From a virus (taxonomy: Duplodnaviria > Heunggongvirae > Uroviricota > Caudoviricetes), in IMG/VR virus record IMGVR_UViG_2529292911_000007: 49,111 nucleotides of DNA; one strand, written 5' to 3'. Of this stretch, positions 33,623 to 43,922 are shown piece by piece. The stretch's first letter is position 1; each line of letters starts with the position of its first letter. Under the pieces are notes generated by a model. It was not told the origin of the DNA and made no database searches. It worked only from the letters and a program-made list of their open reading frames with translations. The translations under genes were made by a program, and so were the position numbers.

Positions 33623-33948
33623 AAACCTTCCGCTGGAAAGTGAAACCCGGTATGGATGTGGCTTCGGCCCCTTCTGTAAGAAAGGTGCGCTTTGGTGATG
33701 GCTATTCCCAGCGAGCGCCTGCCGGGCTGAATGCCAACCTGAAAACGTACAGCGTGACGCTTTCTGTCCCCCGTTGGGAGGCCACGGCGCTGGAGTCGTT
33801 TCTGGAAGAGCACGGGGGCTGGAAAGCCTTTCTGTGGACGCCGCCTTATGAGTGGCGGCAGATAAAGGTGACTTGCGCAAAATGGTCGTCGCGGGTCAGT
33901 ATGCTGCGTGTTGAGTTCAGCGCAGAGTTTGAACAGGTGGTGAACTGA
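33619..33948 (+). CDS. M: Tail tip protein M
   Basis: 109 aa; lambda gpM position and length. Confidence 0.9.
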   Translation: MKTFRWKVKPGMDVASAPSVRKVRFGDGYSQRAPAGLNANLKTYSVTLSVPRWEATALESFLEEHGGWKAFLWTPPYEWRQIKVTCAKWSSRVSMLRVEFSAEFEQVVN

Positions 33949-34646
33949 TGCAGGATATCCGACAGGAAACACTGAATGAATGCACCCGTGCGGAGCAGTC
34001 GGCCAGCGTGGTGCTCTGGGAAATCGACCTGACAGAGGTCGGTGGAGAACGTTATTTTTTCTGTAATGAGCAGAACGATAAAGGTGAGCCGGTCACCTGG
34101 CAGGGGCGACAGTATCAGGCGTATCCCATTCAGGGGACGGGATTTGAACTGAACGGCAAAGGCAGTGCTGCCCGTCCGACACTGACGGTTTCTAACCTGC
34201 ACGGCATGGTCACCGGGATGGCGGAAGATCTGCAGAGTCTGGTCGGCGGAACGGTGGTCCGGCGTAAGGTTTACGCCCGTTTTCTGGATGCGGTGAACTT
34301 CGTCAACGGAAACAGTGACGCCGATCCGGAGCAGGAGGTGATCAGCCGCTGGCGCATTGAGCAGTGCAGCGAACTGAGCGCGGTGAGTGCCTCTTTTGTA
34401 CTGTCCACGCCGACGGAAACGGACGGCGCTGTTTTTCCGGGACGTATCATGCTGGCCAACACCTGCACCTGGACCTATCGCGGCGATGAGTGCGGTTATC
34501 ACGGTCCGGCGGTCGCGGATGAATATGACCAGCCAACGTTCGATATCACGAAGGATAAATGCAGCAAATGCCTGAGTGGCTGTAAGTTTCGCAATAACGT
34601 CGGCAACTTTGGCGGCTTCCTTTCCATTAACAAACTTTCGCAGTAA
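33948..34646 (+). CDS. L: Tail tip protein L
   Basis: 232 aa; lambda gpL position and length. Confidence 0.9.
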   Translation: MQDIRQETLNECTRAEQSASVVLWEIDLTEVGGERYFFCNEQNDKGEPVTWQGRQYQAYPIQGTGFELNGKGSAARPTLTVSNLHGMVTGMAEDLQSLVGGTVVRRKVYARFLDAVNFVNGNSDADPEQEVISRWRIEQCSELSAVSASFVLSTPTETDGAVFPGRIMLANTCTWTYRGDECGYHGPAVADEYDQPTFDITKDKCSKCLSGCKFRNNVGNFGGFLSINKLSQ

Positions 34647-34650
34647 TCCC

Positions 34651-35394
34651 ATGACAGAGACAGAATCAGCGATTCTGGCGCACGCCCGGCGATGTGCGCC
34701 AGCGGAGTCGTGCGGCTTCGTGGTGAGAACGCCGGAGGGGGAAAGATATTTTCCCTGCGTGAATATTTCCGGTGAGCCGGAGGATTATTTCCGGATGGCT
34801 CCGGAGGACTGGCTGCAGGCAGAAATGCAGGGTGAGATTGTGGCGCTGGTCCACAGCCACCCCGGTGGTCTGCCCTGGCTGAGTGAGGCCGACCGGCGGC
34901 TGCAGGTGCAGAGTGATTTGCCGTGGTGGCTGGTCTGCCGGGGGACGATTCATAAGTTCCGCTGTGTGCCGCATCTCACCGGGCGGCGCTTTGAGCACGG
35001 TGTGACGGACTGTTACACACTGTTCCGGGATGCTTATCATCTGGCGGGGATTGAGATGCCGGACTTTCATCGTGAGGATGACTGGTGGCGTAACGGCCAG
35101 AATCTCTATCTGGATAATCTGGAGGCGACGGGGCTGTATCAGGTGCCGTTGTCAGCGGCACAGCCGGGCGATGTGCTGCTGTGCTGTTTTGGTTCATCGG
35201 TGCCGAATCACGCCGCAATTTACTGCGGCGACGGCGAGCTGCTGCACCATATTCCTGAACAACTGAGCAAACGAGAGAGGTACACCGACAAATGGCAGCG
35301 ACGCACACACTCCCTCTGGCGTCACCGGGCATGGCGCGCATCTGCCTTTACGGGGATTTACAACGATTTGGTCGCCGCATCGACCTTCGTGTGA
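34651..35394 (+). CDS. K: Tail tip assembly protein K (JAMM/MPN plus NlpC/P60-like); start uncertain
   Basis: HSHPGG JAMM-like motif and a Cys/His peptidase-like C-terminal region; alternative start at ATG 34795, which has the better GGAGG RBS. Confidence 0.8.
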   Translation: MTETESAILAHARRCAPAESCGFVVRTPEGERYFPCVNISGEPEDYFRMAPEDWLQAEMQGEIVALVHSHPGGLPWLSEADRRLQVQSDLPWWLVCRGTIHKFRCVPHLTGRRFEHGVTDCYTLFRDAYHLAGIEMPDFHREDDWWRNGQNLYLDNLEATGLYQVPLSAAQPGDVLLCCFGSSVPNHAAIYCGDGELLHHIPEQLSKRERYTDKWQRRTHSLWRHRAWRASAFTGIYNDLVAASTFV

Positions 35395-35963
35395 AAACGG
35401 GGGCTGAAGCCATCCGGGCACTGGCCACACAGCTCCCGGCGTTTCGTCAGAAACTGAGCGACGGCTGGTATCAGGTACGGATTGCCGGGCGGGACGTCAG
35501 CACGTCCGGGTTGACGGCGCAGTTACATGAGACTCTGCCTGATGGCGCTGTGATTCATATTGTTCCCAGAGTCGCCGGGGCCAAGTCAGGTGGCGTATTC
35601 CAGATTGTCCTGGGAGCAGCCGCCATTGCCGGATCATTCTTTACTGCCGGAGCCACCCTTGCAGCATGGGGGGCAGCCATTGGGGCCGGTGGTATGACCG
35701 GCATCCTGTTTTCTCTCGGTGCCAGTATGGTGCTCGGTGGTGTGGCGCAGATGCTGGCACCGAAAGCCAGGACGCCCACGGCAGCCAGTACAGATAACGG
35801 CAAACAGAACACGTATTTCTCGTCACTGGATAACATGGTTGCCCAGGGCAATGTTCTGCCTGTTCTGTACGGGGAAATGCGCGTGGGATCACGTGTGGTT
35901 TCTCAGGAGATCAGCACGGCAGACGAAGGGGATGGTGGTCAGGTTGTGGTGATTGGTCGCTGA
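35292..35963 (+). CDS. I: Tail tip assembly protein I
   Basis: 223 aa; overlaps the K end as in lambda; ubiquitin-like N-terminus and hydrophobic Gly/Ala-rich segment. Confidence 0.9.
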   Translation: MAATHTLPLASPGMARICLYGDLQRFGRRIDLRVKTGAEAIRALATQLPAFRQKLSDGWYQVRIAGRDVSTSGLTAQLHETLPDGAVIHIVPRVAGAKSGGVFQIVLGAAAIAGSFFTAGATLAAWGAAIGAGGMTGILFSLGASMVLGGVAQMLAPKARTPTAASTDNGKQNTYFSSLDNMVAQGNVLPVLYGEMRVGSRVVSQEISTADEGDGGQVVVIGR

Positions 35964-36023
35964 TGCAAAACATTTTATGTGAAACCGCCTGCGGGCGGTT
36001 TTGTCGTTTATGGAGCGTGACGA

Positions 36024-39000
36024 ATGGGTAAAGGCAGCAGTAAGGGGCATACCCCGCGCGAAGCAAAGGACAACCTGAAGTCCACGCAGTTGCTGAGTGT
36101 GATCGATGCCATCAGCGAAGGGCCGATTGAAGGTCCGGTGGATGGATTAAAAAGCGTGCTGCTGAACAGTACACCGGTGCTGGACAGTGAGAGGAATACT
36201 AACATCTCCGGTGTCACGGTGGTGTTCCGGGCAGGTGAGCAGGAACAGACACCGCCGGAGGGATTTGAATCATCAGGTTCCGAGACGGTACTGGGTACGG
36301 AAGTGAAATACGACACGCCGATCACCCGGACCATCACGTCGGCAAACATTGACCGTCTGCGCTTTACCTTCGGTGTGCAGGCACTGGTGGAAACCACCTC
36401 AAAGGGGGACAGGAATCCGTCGGAAGTCCGCCTGCTGGTTCAGATACAACGTAACGGTGGCTGGGTGACGGAAAAAGACATCACCATTAAGGGCAAAACC
36501 ACCTCGCAGTATCTGGCCTCGGTAGTGGTGGATAATCTGCCGCCGCGCCCGTTCAACATCCGGATGCGCAGGATGACGCCGGACAGCACCACAGACCAGC
36601 TGCAGAACAAAACGCTCTGGTCGTCATACACCGAAATCATCGATGTGAAACAGTGCTACCCGAACACGGCACTGGTCGGCGTACAGGTGGATTCGGAGCA
36701 GTTCGGCAGCCAGCAGGTGAGCCGTAATTATCATCTTCGCGGGCGTATTCTGCAGGTGCCGTCGAATTATAACCCGCAGACGCGGCAATACAGCGGTATC
36801 TGGGACGGAACGTTTAAACCGGCATACAGCAATAACATGGCCTGGTGTCTGTGGGATATGCTGACCCACCCGCGCTACGGCATGGGTAAACGTCTTGGTG
36901 CGGCAGATGTGGATAAATGGGCGCTGTATGTCATCGGCCAGTGTTGCGACCAGTCGGTGCCGGACGGTTTTGGCGGCACGGAGCCGCGCATCACCTGTAA
37001 TGCCTGGCTGACCACACAGCGTAAGGCGTGGGATGTTCTCAGTGATTTCTGCTCGGCGATGCGCTGTATGCCGGTATGGAACGGGCAGACGCTGACGTTC
37101 GTGCAGGACCGACCATCAGATAAGGTGTGGACCTATAACCGCAGTAATGTGGTGATGCCGGATGATGGCGCGCCGTTCCGCTACAGCTTCAGCGCCCTGA
37201 AGGACCGCCATAATGCCGTTGAGGTGAACTGGATTGACCCGGATAACGGCTGGGAGACGGCGACAGAGCTTGTGGAGGACACGCAGGCCATTGCCCGTTA
37301 CGGTCGTAACGTCACGAAGATGGATGCCTTTGGCTGTACCAGCCGGGGGCAGGCACACCGCGCCGGGCTGTGGCTGATTAAAACGGAACTGCTGGAAACG
37401 CAGACCGTGGACTTCAGCGTGGGTGCCGAAGGGCTTCGCCATGTACCAGGTGATGTCATTGAAATCTGTGATGATGACTATGCGGGGATCAGCACCGGCG
37501 GGCGCGTGCTGGCGGTGAACAGCCAGACCCGGACGCTGACGCTCGACCGTGAAATCACGCTGCCATCCTCCGGTACCACGCTGATAAGCCTGGTTGACGG
37601 AAGTGGCAATCCGGTCAGCGTGGAGGTCCAGTCCGTCACCGACGGCGTGAAGGTAAAAGTGAGCCGTGTTCCTGACGGCGTTGCCGGATACAGCGTGTGG
37701 GGGCTGAAGCTGCCGACGCTGCGCCAGCGCCTGTTCCGCTGCGTGAGTATCCGTGAGAACGATGACGGTACGTATGCCATCACTGCCGTGCAGCATGTAC
37801 CGGAAAAAGAAGCCATCGTGGATAACGGGGCGCACTTTGACGGCGACCAGAGCGACACGGTGAATGGTGTCACGCCGCCAGCAGTGCAGCACCTGACTGC
37901 CGAAGTCACCGCAGACAGTGGGGAGTATCAGGTACTGGCCCGCTGGGATACGCCGAAGGTGGTGAAGGGCGTGAGTTTCATGCTTCGCCTGACCGTGGCA
38001 GCGGATGACGGCAGTGAGCGGCTGGTCAGCACAGCCCGGACGGCGGAAACCACATACCGCTTCACACAACTGGCGCTGGGGAACTACAGGCTGACAGTCC
38101 GGGCAGTAAATGCGTGGGGGCAGCAGGGCGATCCGGCATCGGTATCGTTCCGGATTGCCGCACCGGCAGCGCCGTCGCAGATTGAGCTGACACCGGGGTA
38201 TTTTCAGATAACCGCCACGCCGCATCTTGCGGTTTATGATCCGACGGTACAGTTTGAGTTCTGGTTCTCGGAAACGCGGATTACCGATATCAGGCAGGTT
38301 GAAACCACAGCCCGCTACCTTGGCACGGGGCTGTACTGGATAGCCGCCAGTATCAATATCAAACCGGGCCATGATTATTACTTTTATATCCGCAGTGTGA
38401 ACACCGTTGGCAAATCGGCATTCGTGGAGGCCGTCGGTCGGGCGAGCGATGATGCGGAAGGTTACCTGGATTTTTTCAAAGGCAAGATAACCGAATCCCA
38501 TCTCGGTAAAGGGCTGCTGGAAAAAGTCGACCTGACGGAAGATAACGCCAGCAGACTGGATCAGTTTTCGAAAGAGTGGAAAGACGCCAACGATAAATGG
38601 AATGCCATGTGGGGCGTCAAAATTGAGCAGACCGAAGACGGTAAGCATTATGTCGCGGGACTTGGCCTCAGCATGGAGGATACAGAGGAAGGCAAACTGA
38701 GCCAGTTTCTGGTTGCCGCTAACCGTATCGCGTTTATTGACCCGGCAAACGGGAATGAAACGCCGATGTTTGTGGCGCAGGGCAACCAGATATTCATGAA
38801 CGAAGTGTTCCTGAAACGCCTGACGGCCCCCACCATTACCAGTGGTGGAAATCCACCGGTATTTTCCCTGACACCGGACGGAAAGCTGACCGCTAAAAAT
38901 GCGGATATCAGTGGCAGTGTGAATGCGAACTCCGGGACGCTCAACAACGTCACGATAAATGAAAACTGTACGATTAAGGGTATGCTGGAGGCGAATCAGG

Positions 39001-39437
39001 TCAGAGGTGATTTTGTTAAAACAGTATCCAAATCATTCCCGAAAAAGGCTGGTACGTGGGGTAACACGGAAACACCAGACGGGACGGTTACAGTCACCAT
39101 CAGCGATGATCATAACTTTGACCGTCAAATCATTATTCCGCCCATTATCTTTAACGGTATAGCGTATGACGATCCGGGAAGTGGTGATAACCCGGGAGGT
39201 ACAAGGTACACGGGGTATGGTTTTGAAGTTCGCAAAAACGGCGTATTAATCGCATCCAGAGAAACTAAAGGGGCCATTCCCGGTAGTTACAGTGCGGTTA
39301 TTGATATGCCGAGTGGCAGGGGAAGCGTCACTCTGGAGTTTAAGATTTTCCAGAAAGGCAATCAGGGGGCAGGCAATATCACCGACTGTACGGTGATTGT
39401 GACCAAAAAGGCTGCTTCCGGCATCAGTATTCGTTGA
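36024..39437 (+). CDS. J: Central tail fibre / host-specificity protein J
   Basis: 1137 aa [44 protein letters not shown]...; lambda gpJ over most of its length; the extreme C-terminus appears divergent. Confidence 0.95.
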   Translation: MGKGSSKGHTPREAKDNLKSTQLLSVIDAISEGPIEGPVDGLKSVLLNSTPVLDSERNTNISGVTVVFRAGEQEQTPPEGFESSGSETVLGTEVKYDTPITRTITSANIDRLRFTFGVQALVETTSKGDRNPSEVRLLVQIQRNGGWVTEKDITIKGKTTSQYLASVVVDNLPPRPFNIRMRRMTPDSTTDQLQNKTLWSSYTEIIDVKQCYPNTALVGVQVDSEQFGSQQVSRNYHLRGRILQVPSNYNPQTRQYSGIWDGTFKPAYSNNMAWCLWDMLTHPRYGMGKRLGAADVDKWALYVIGQCCDQSVPDGFGGTEPRITCNAWLTTQRKAWDVLSDFCSAMRCMPVWNGQTLTFVQDRPSDKVWTYNRSNVVMPDDGAPFRYSFSALKDRHNAVEVNWIDPDNGWETATELVEDTQAIARYGRNVTKMDAFGCTSRGQAHRAGLWLIKTELLETQTVDFSVGAEGLRHVPGDVIEICDDDYAGISTGGRVLAVNSQTRTLTLDREITLPSSGTTLISLVDGSGNPVSVEVQSVTDGVKVKVSRVPDGVAGYSVWGLKLPTLRQRLFRCVSIRENDDGTYAITAVQHVPEKEAIVDNGAHFDGDQSDTVNGVTPPAVQHLTAEVTADSGEYQVLARWDTPKVVKGVSFMLRLTVAADDGSERLVSTARTAETTYRFTQLALGNYRLTVRAVNAWGQQGDPASVSFRIAAPAAPSQIELTPGYFQITATPHLAVYDPTVQFEFWFSETRITDIRQVETTARYLGTGLYWIAASINIKPGHDYYFYIRSVNTVGKSAFVEAVGRASDDAEGYLDFFKGKITESHLGKGLLEKVDLTEDNASRLDQFSKEWKDANDKWNAMWGVKIEQTEDGKHYVAGLGLSMEDTEEGKLSQFLVAANRIAFIDPANGNETPMFVAQGNQIFMNEVFLKRLTAPTITSGGNPPVFSLTPDGKLTAKNADISGSVNANSGTLNNVTINENCTIKGMLEANQVRGDFVKTVSKSFPKKAGTWGNTETPDGTVTVTISDDHNFDRQIIIPPIIFNGIAYDDPGSGDNPGGTRYTGYGFEVRKNGVLIASRETKGAIPGSYSAVIDMPSGRGSVTLEFKIFQKGNQGAGNITDCTVIVTKKAASGISIR

Positions 39438-39507
39438 AATTGTTATAACCCCAATAAAGGGCGTCAGGAATGACGCCTTTTTTATTGCAGAAAAGCGAGA
39501 GGTAATT

Positions 39508-40107
39508 ATGCGTAAAGTTTGTGCAGCCATTTTGTCCGCAGCCATCTGTCTGGTCGTATCCGGTGCGCCTGCATGGGCGTCTGAACATCAGTCCACGCTG
39601 AGCGCGGGGTATCTTCATGCCTCGACGAACGTTCCCGGCAGCGATGATCTTAACGGGATTAACGTGAAATACCGTTATGAGTTTACGGACACGCTGGGGA
39701 TGGTGACGTCATTCAGCTATGCAGAAGACAAGAATCGCCAGCTGACTCATTACAGCGATACCCGCTGGCATGAAGATTCCGTGCGTAACCGCTGGTTCAG
39801 CGTGATGGCGGGGCCGTCTGTGCGCGTGAATGAATGGTTCAGCGCGTATGCGATGGCGGGTGTGGCTTACAGCCGTATTTCGACTTTCTCCGGGGATTAT
39901 CTCCGCGTAACTGACAACAAGGGGAAAACGCACGAAGTGCTGACCGGAAGTGATGACGGTCGCCGCAGCAACACGTCTCTGGCGTGGGGGGCTGGCGTGC
40001 AGTTTAACCCGACCGAATCCGTGGCCATTGATATTGTTTATGAAGGCTCCGGCAGTGGCGACTGGCGCACTGACGGTTTCATCGTGGGTGTCGGTTATAA
40101 GTTCTGA
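39508..40107 (+). CDS. lom: Lom outer-membrane protein (Ail/Lom family)
   Basis: 199 aa with signal peptide and beta-barrel pattern ending in YKF; immediately after J as in lambda. Confidence 0.85.
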   Translation: MRKVCAAILSAAICLVVSGAPAWASEHQSTLSAGYLHASTNVPGSDDLNGINVKYRYEFTDTLGMVTSFSYAEDKNRQLTHYSDTRWHEDSVRNRWFSVMAGPSVRVNEWFSAYAMAGVAYSRISTFSGDYLRVTDNKGKTHEVLTGSDDGRRSNTSLAWGAGVQFNPTESVAIDIVYEGSGSGDWRTDGFIVGVGYKF

Positions 40108-40165
40108 TTAGCCAGGTAACACAGTGTTATGACAGCCCGCCGGTTCAGGCGGGCTTTTTTGTGGG

Positions 40166-43100
40166 GTGAATATGGCAGTAAAGATTTCAGGTGTACTGAA
40201 AGACGGTGCAGGTAAACCGGTACAGAACTGCACAATCCAGCTGAAAGCAAAACGTAACAGCACCACGGTGGTGGTGAACACGGTGGCATCTGAAAATCCG
40301 GATGAAGCAGGGCGTTACAGCATGGACGTTGAGTACGGTCAGTACAGCGTTATTCTGTTGGTGGAAGGCTTCCCGCCATCGCATGCCGGGACCATCACCG
40401 TGTATGAAGATTCTCAACCCGGTACGCTGAATGATTTTCTCGGTGCCATGACGGAGGATGATGCCCGTCCGGAGGCACTGCGCCGCTTTGAACTGATGGT
40501 GGAAGAGGTGGCGCGTAACGCGTCCGCAGTGGCACAGGACACGGCAGCCGCGAAGAAGTCAGCCAGCGATGCCGGCACATCAGCCCGTGAGGCGGCAACC
40601 CATGCGACTGATGCTACAGGCTCAGCACGCGCAGCCAGCACGTCAGCCGGACAGGCCGCGTCGTCGGCTCAGTCAGCGTCTTCCAGCGCAGGAACGGCAT
40701 CAACAAAGGCTACTGAAGCATCAAAAAGTGCTGCCGCTGCAGAGTCCTCAAAAAGCGCGGCGGCCACCAGTGCCGGTGCGGCGAAAACGTCAGAAACGAA
40801 TGCGGCAGCGTCACAACAATCAGCCGCCACTTCTGCATCCACCGCGACCACGAAAGCGTCAGAAGCTGCCACCTCAGCCCGGGATGCGGCGGCCTCAAAA
40901 GAGGCAGCGAAATCATCAGAAACGAACGCATCATCAAGTGCCAGTAGTGCAGCTTCCTCGGCAACGGCGGCAGGAAATTCCGCGAAGGCCGCAAAAACGT
41001 CTGAGACGAATGCGGATAACAGCGCACAGGCGGCAGCGGCCTCACAAACTGCATCGGCAAACTCCGCGACAGCAGCCAAAAAATCAGAAACCAACGCGAA
41101 AAATAGCGAGGCAGCAGCAAAGAGCAGCGAAACAAACGCTAAAGCCAGCGAAACTAATGCTAAATCCAGTGAAACAAACGCGGCGAAATCTGCGGCGGAC
41201 GCACTTAATTATCGCAACCAGGCGCAAGTAATTGTTGGCGATAATATCGGTCTTGGCTCAGCCCCGCGTGATTGTCCTGATATTTCCGGCAACCCATCAG
41301 GGTATATCGGATTTATGCGCATTATGAGTAATGCAAAAGGCTTTCCATCGATTGCATCCGGTGAAAGCAGTCTTACGGGGTTTATTAGTCAGGTAGATGG
41401 AACACCAGCGTATACAGGTGTATTTCAGGGATGGGCTACGCGCTCGCTTTATACTTATCGCTGGAATCCGACAATAGGCCCGCAGTGGACGCGTCACGCA
41501 AGAAAAGATGCAGTGGACAGGCTTACTCAACTAACAGGTAATACACGCGTATATTGTCAAAATGCAAGCAAATTTTTTAGTATCTACGATTCAGGAACAT
41601 GGGGTTATTACGATGCAGAGAATAGCGAATGGATTCCGCTTTCGATCGCGGCCGGAGGTACTGGTGCGGCAACTATTGATGGTGCCAGAACGAATCTTGG
41701 CTTAGGTAGGAACAACAGCCCTCAACTTAACAGTCTATTTCTTGATAGATATAGTGATTCGACCAATACATACACATCTAGTGGAATTCTCCATACAAGA
41801 CTGTTAGCAACTGACAGCACTGTGCGTCTTGGTGCTGATATGTATGTTGAGACTTTATCAAATGAGCCAGGTCAATTAACAATAAGGTTTACATACGATG
41901 GTTCAACTGGTGCTTCAAAATATCTAAACCTTAACTCAGAAGGTAATTTAATTGTAGATAGTGCGATACTGAGATCAACGGTTGAAAAACCTTTACAAAT
42001 AAGGAGCGCTAACCCAGCAATAAGATTTAATGAAACAGATCGCCCGGCTAACACGCCTACTTATACTCTCATTGCTAATGCTGGCGACTGGTTTATTCAG
42101 AAACGCGATTATGATGATGCCGGAAGCGTTAGTAACGCAATTGCATATAATTTCGCAAACGACAGAATTGATGTGCAAAATCTTAAAGCGTCTGGGTTAA
42201 TTACAGCTAACTCAGGAATCGCAACATTAACAGGTCATGACTGGAACTCTCAGCATACTGATAACGTCGACAAATTTAGACCAATCGCAGGCAGTACAAA
42301 CGGCCCGGCAGGCTCTATGGTTCTTGGCGGCATTCATGTTCAATTTAGTAAAAATTATGCTGTGCAGTTCGGAGGCCGCAATTCCGGTTTTTGGGGAAGA
42401 ACAATTGAAAATGGAACGACGCAGGAATGGAAGAAATTACTAACAGTAGACGATCTCAATTCATCTACCGATCTTGCTGTCAGGTCATTAACCACATCTA
42501 ACCCGGTAAAATCTGGCGGAGGGCGAATTGATGTCCTTGGAAGCACGTCAGACTATAGCAAAATGGATTGCTTTGTACGTGGGTTTGATAGCACCGGTAA
42601 TTCTCTCGCGTGGGCGTTGGGTTCATCAGTCGGCGTAAGTAAGATGCTGTCGCTAAAAAATTTCTTTAGCGGAGCTGAGATACTGCTAAATGGTAATGAC
42701 GGCGCGGTTCAACTCAAAACAGGTGCTGTTAACGGGGCTAAAGCGCAGGCGCTCACTATCAACAAGGATGAGGTTAACTCAACTGTTGATTTAACTCTTA
42801 CAAAACAAACAGGGACTGGAAATCGTTTTGTTTTACAGAACTTAGGTAATACAGAACTATCATTTGCCGCAAAAGTATGGGGATCAAGTGATCGACAAAA
42901 CGTTTTTGAGGTTGGAACGTCTGCTGCGTATCTGTTTTATGCGCAAAAAACGTCAGCAGGCCAGTTGTTTGATGTAAATGGCGCTATTAATTGCACAACG
43001 CTGAATCAGTCATCAGACCGCGACCTTAAAGACGATATTCTCGTTATCAGCGACGCGACGAAAGCAATCCGTAAAATGAACGGATACACCTACACGCTCA

Positions 43101-43447
43101 AGGAAAACGGGATGCCTTATGCTGGCGTTATTGCACAGGAAGTAATGGAGGCGATACCAGAAGCTGTGGGATCGTTTACTCATTATGGTGAAGAGTTGCA
43201 AGGTCCGACCGTTGACGGCAACGAGCTACGCGAAGAAACTCGCTATCTTAATGTTGACTACTCCGCCGTGACGGGTTTACTTGTTCAGGTCGCCCGTGAA
43301 ACAGATGATCGCGTTACCGCGCTGGAAGAGGAAAACACAACGCTACGTCAAAATCTGGCAACAGCAGGCACCCGGATCAGCACTCTGGAAAATCAGGTAA
43401 GCGAACTGGTTGCACTTGTCCGGCAGTTAACAGGAAGCGAACATTGA
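40166..43447 (+). CDS. stf: Side tail fibre protein with C-terminal self-cleaving intramolecular chaperone (S74-like) domain
   Basis: N-terminus MAVKISGVLKDGAGKPVQNCTIQLKA... and Ala/Ser-rich shaft match lambda Stf; distal part is AT-rich; the C-terminus (SSDRDLKDDILVI...GYTYTLKENG...GVIAQEV...LNVDYSAVTGLLVQ...coiled coil) resembles the endosialidase/T5 L-fibre chaperone domain. Confidence 0.8.
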   Translation: MNMAVKISGVLKDGAGKPVQNCTIQLKAKRNSTTVVVNTVASENPDEAGRYSMDVEYGQYSVILLVEGFPPSHAGTITVYEDSQPGTLNDFLGAMTEDDARPEALRRFELMVEEVARNASAVAQDTAAAKKSASDAGTSAREAATHATDATGSARAASTSAGQAASSAQSASSSAGTASTKATEASKSAAAAESSKSAAATSAGAAKTSETNAAASQQSAATSASTATTKASEAATSARDAAASKEAAKSSETNASSSASSAASSATAAGNSAKAAKTSETNADNSAQAAAASQTASANSATAAKKSETNAKNSEAAAKSSETNAKASETNAKSSETNAAKSAADALNYRNQAQVIVGDNIGLGSAPRDCPDISGNPSGYIGFMRIMSNAKGFPSIASGESSLTGFISQVDGTPAYTGVFQGWATRSLYTYRWNPTIGPQWTRHARKDAVDRLTQLTGNTRVYCQNASKFFSIYDSGTWGYYDAENSEWIPLSIAAGGTGAATIDGARTNLGLGRNNSPQLNSLFLDRYSDSTNTYTSSGILHTRLLATDSTVRLGADMYVETLSNEPGQLTIRFTYDGSTGASKYLNLNSEGNLIVDSAILRSTVEKPLQIRSANPAIRFNETDRPANTPTYTLIANAGDWFIQKRDYDDAGSVSNAIAYNFANDRIDVQNLKASGLITANSGIATLTGHDWNSQHTDNVDKFRPIAGSTNGPAGSMVLGGIHVQFSKNYAVQFGGRNSGFWGRTIENGTTQEWKKLLTVDDLNSSTDLAVRSLTTSNPVKSGGGRIDVLGSTSDYSKMDCFVRGFDSTGNSLAWALGSSVGVSKMLSLKNFFSGAEILLNGNDGAVQLKTGAVNGAKAQALTINKDEVNSTVDLTLTKQTGTGNRFVLQNLGNTELSFAAKVWGSSDRQNVFEVGTSAAYLFYAQKTSAGQLFDVNGAINCTTLNQSSDRDLKDDILVISDATKAIRKMNGYTYTLKENGMPYAGVIAQEVMEAIPEAVGSFTHYGEELQGPTVDGNELREETRYLNVDYSAVTGLLVQVARETDDRVTALEEENTTLRQNLATAGTRISTLENQVSELVALVRQLTGSEH

Positions 43448-43618
43448 TATCCTTCAAGCCCTGAAGGAGGCTGTTCCTGGTACGTTCAGACTGTTGCTGA
43501 GCTGGAGATCGCAACGGAGGAAGAGAAAGCGTTTCTGGCCGCATGGAAAACATATCGGGTATTGCTGAACCGTGTTGATACAGTAAACCCCGTCTGGCCT
43601 CCACCTTCGAAGCGATAG
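43448..43618 (+). pseudogene. tfa: Tail fibre assembly protein (Tfa) C-terminal remnant, in frame directly after the stf stop
   Basis: Translation ...[29 protein letters not shown]... resembles the lambda Tfa C-terminus (EIATKEE...[22 protein letters not shown], from memory); no start codon or N-terminal part. Confidence 0.45.
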
Positions 43619-43922
43619 CCCAGCAACTCCTAAATAGCTGCGCATAATACCGCTACACCTGCCGTTTTACTGACATTTGGAATATTGCGTGAGGGCAACA
43701 TATCGAGGGGCAGATACAGCTCGGTCAAATAGAAAAACAGCCCCACTATTTACCATGCAATAGCTGGTCAAAAGGAGAGCACTATTCCGCTCCGCGTAGT
43801 ATTTTGTGTTTATAGTGATAACTTAGGTAATGCTTAGTCACTAAGATACTTTGCTATTGGAGAGCGATTTATAATGTGGGCGCAACAGATTTTTACTATT
43901 GCGCCACTTGCTCTTGTGAGTA

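Noticed and set aside
31601-33880. Multiple 100-220-aa minus-strand and alternate-frame ORFs within H and M (for example 31956-32534, 32237-32767, 33215-33880)
   Set aside because: All overlap the tape-measure gene; translations are low-complexity and Arg/Pro/Ser-rich, typical of out-of-frame reading of a real gene.
37116-38648. 510-aa ORF on the minus strand inside J
   Set aside because: Antisense to a gene that matches lambda J; long antisense ORFs are expected by chance in GC-rich coding sequence; no RBS or domain evidence.
40500-41230. Ala/Ser/Thr-rich low-complexity tract in stf as a novel repeat protein
   Set aside because: The same type of repetitive shaft is present in lambda Stf; it is a normal fibre feature rather than a new element.
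40569-41231. 220-aa plus-strand ORF with an extremely Arg/Pro/Gln-rich translation inside stf, and the minus-strand ORFs 40669-41135
   Set aside because: Alternate-frame readings of the Ala/Ser-rich repetitive shaft region of the tail fibre; low-complexity artefacts.
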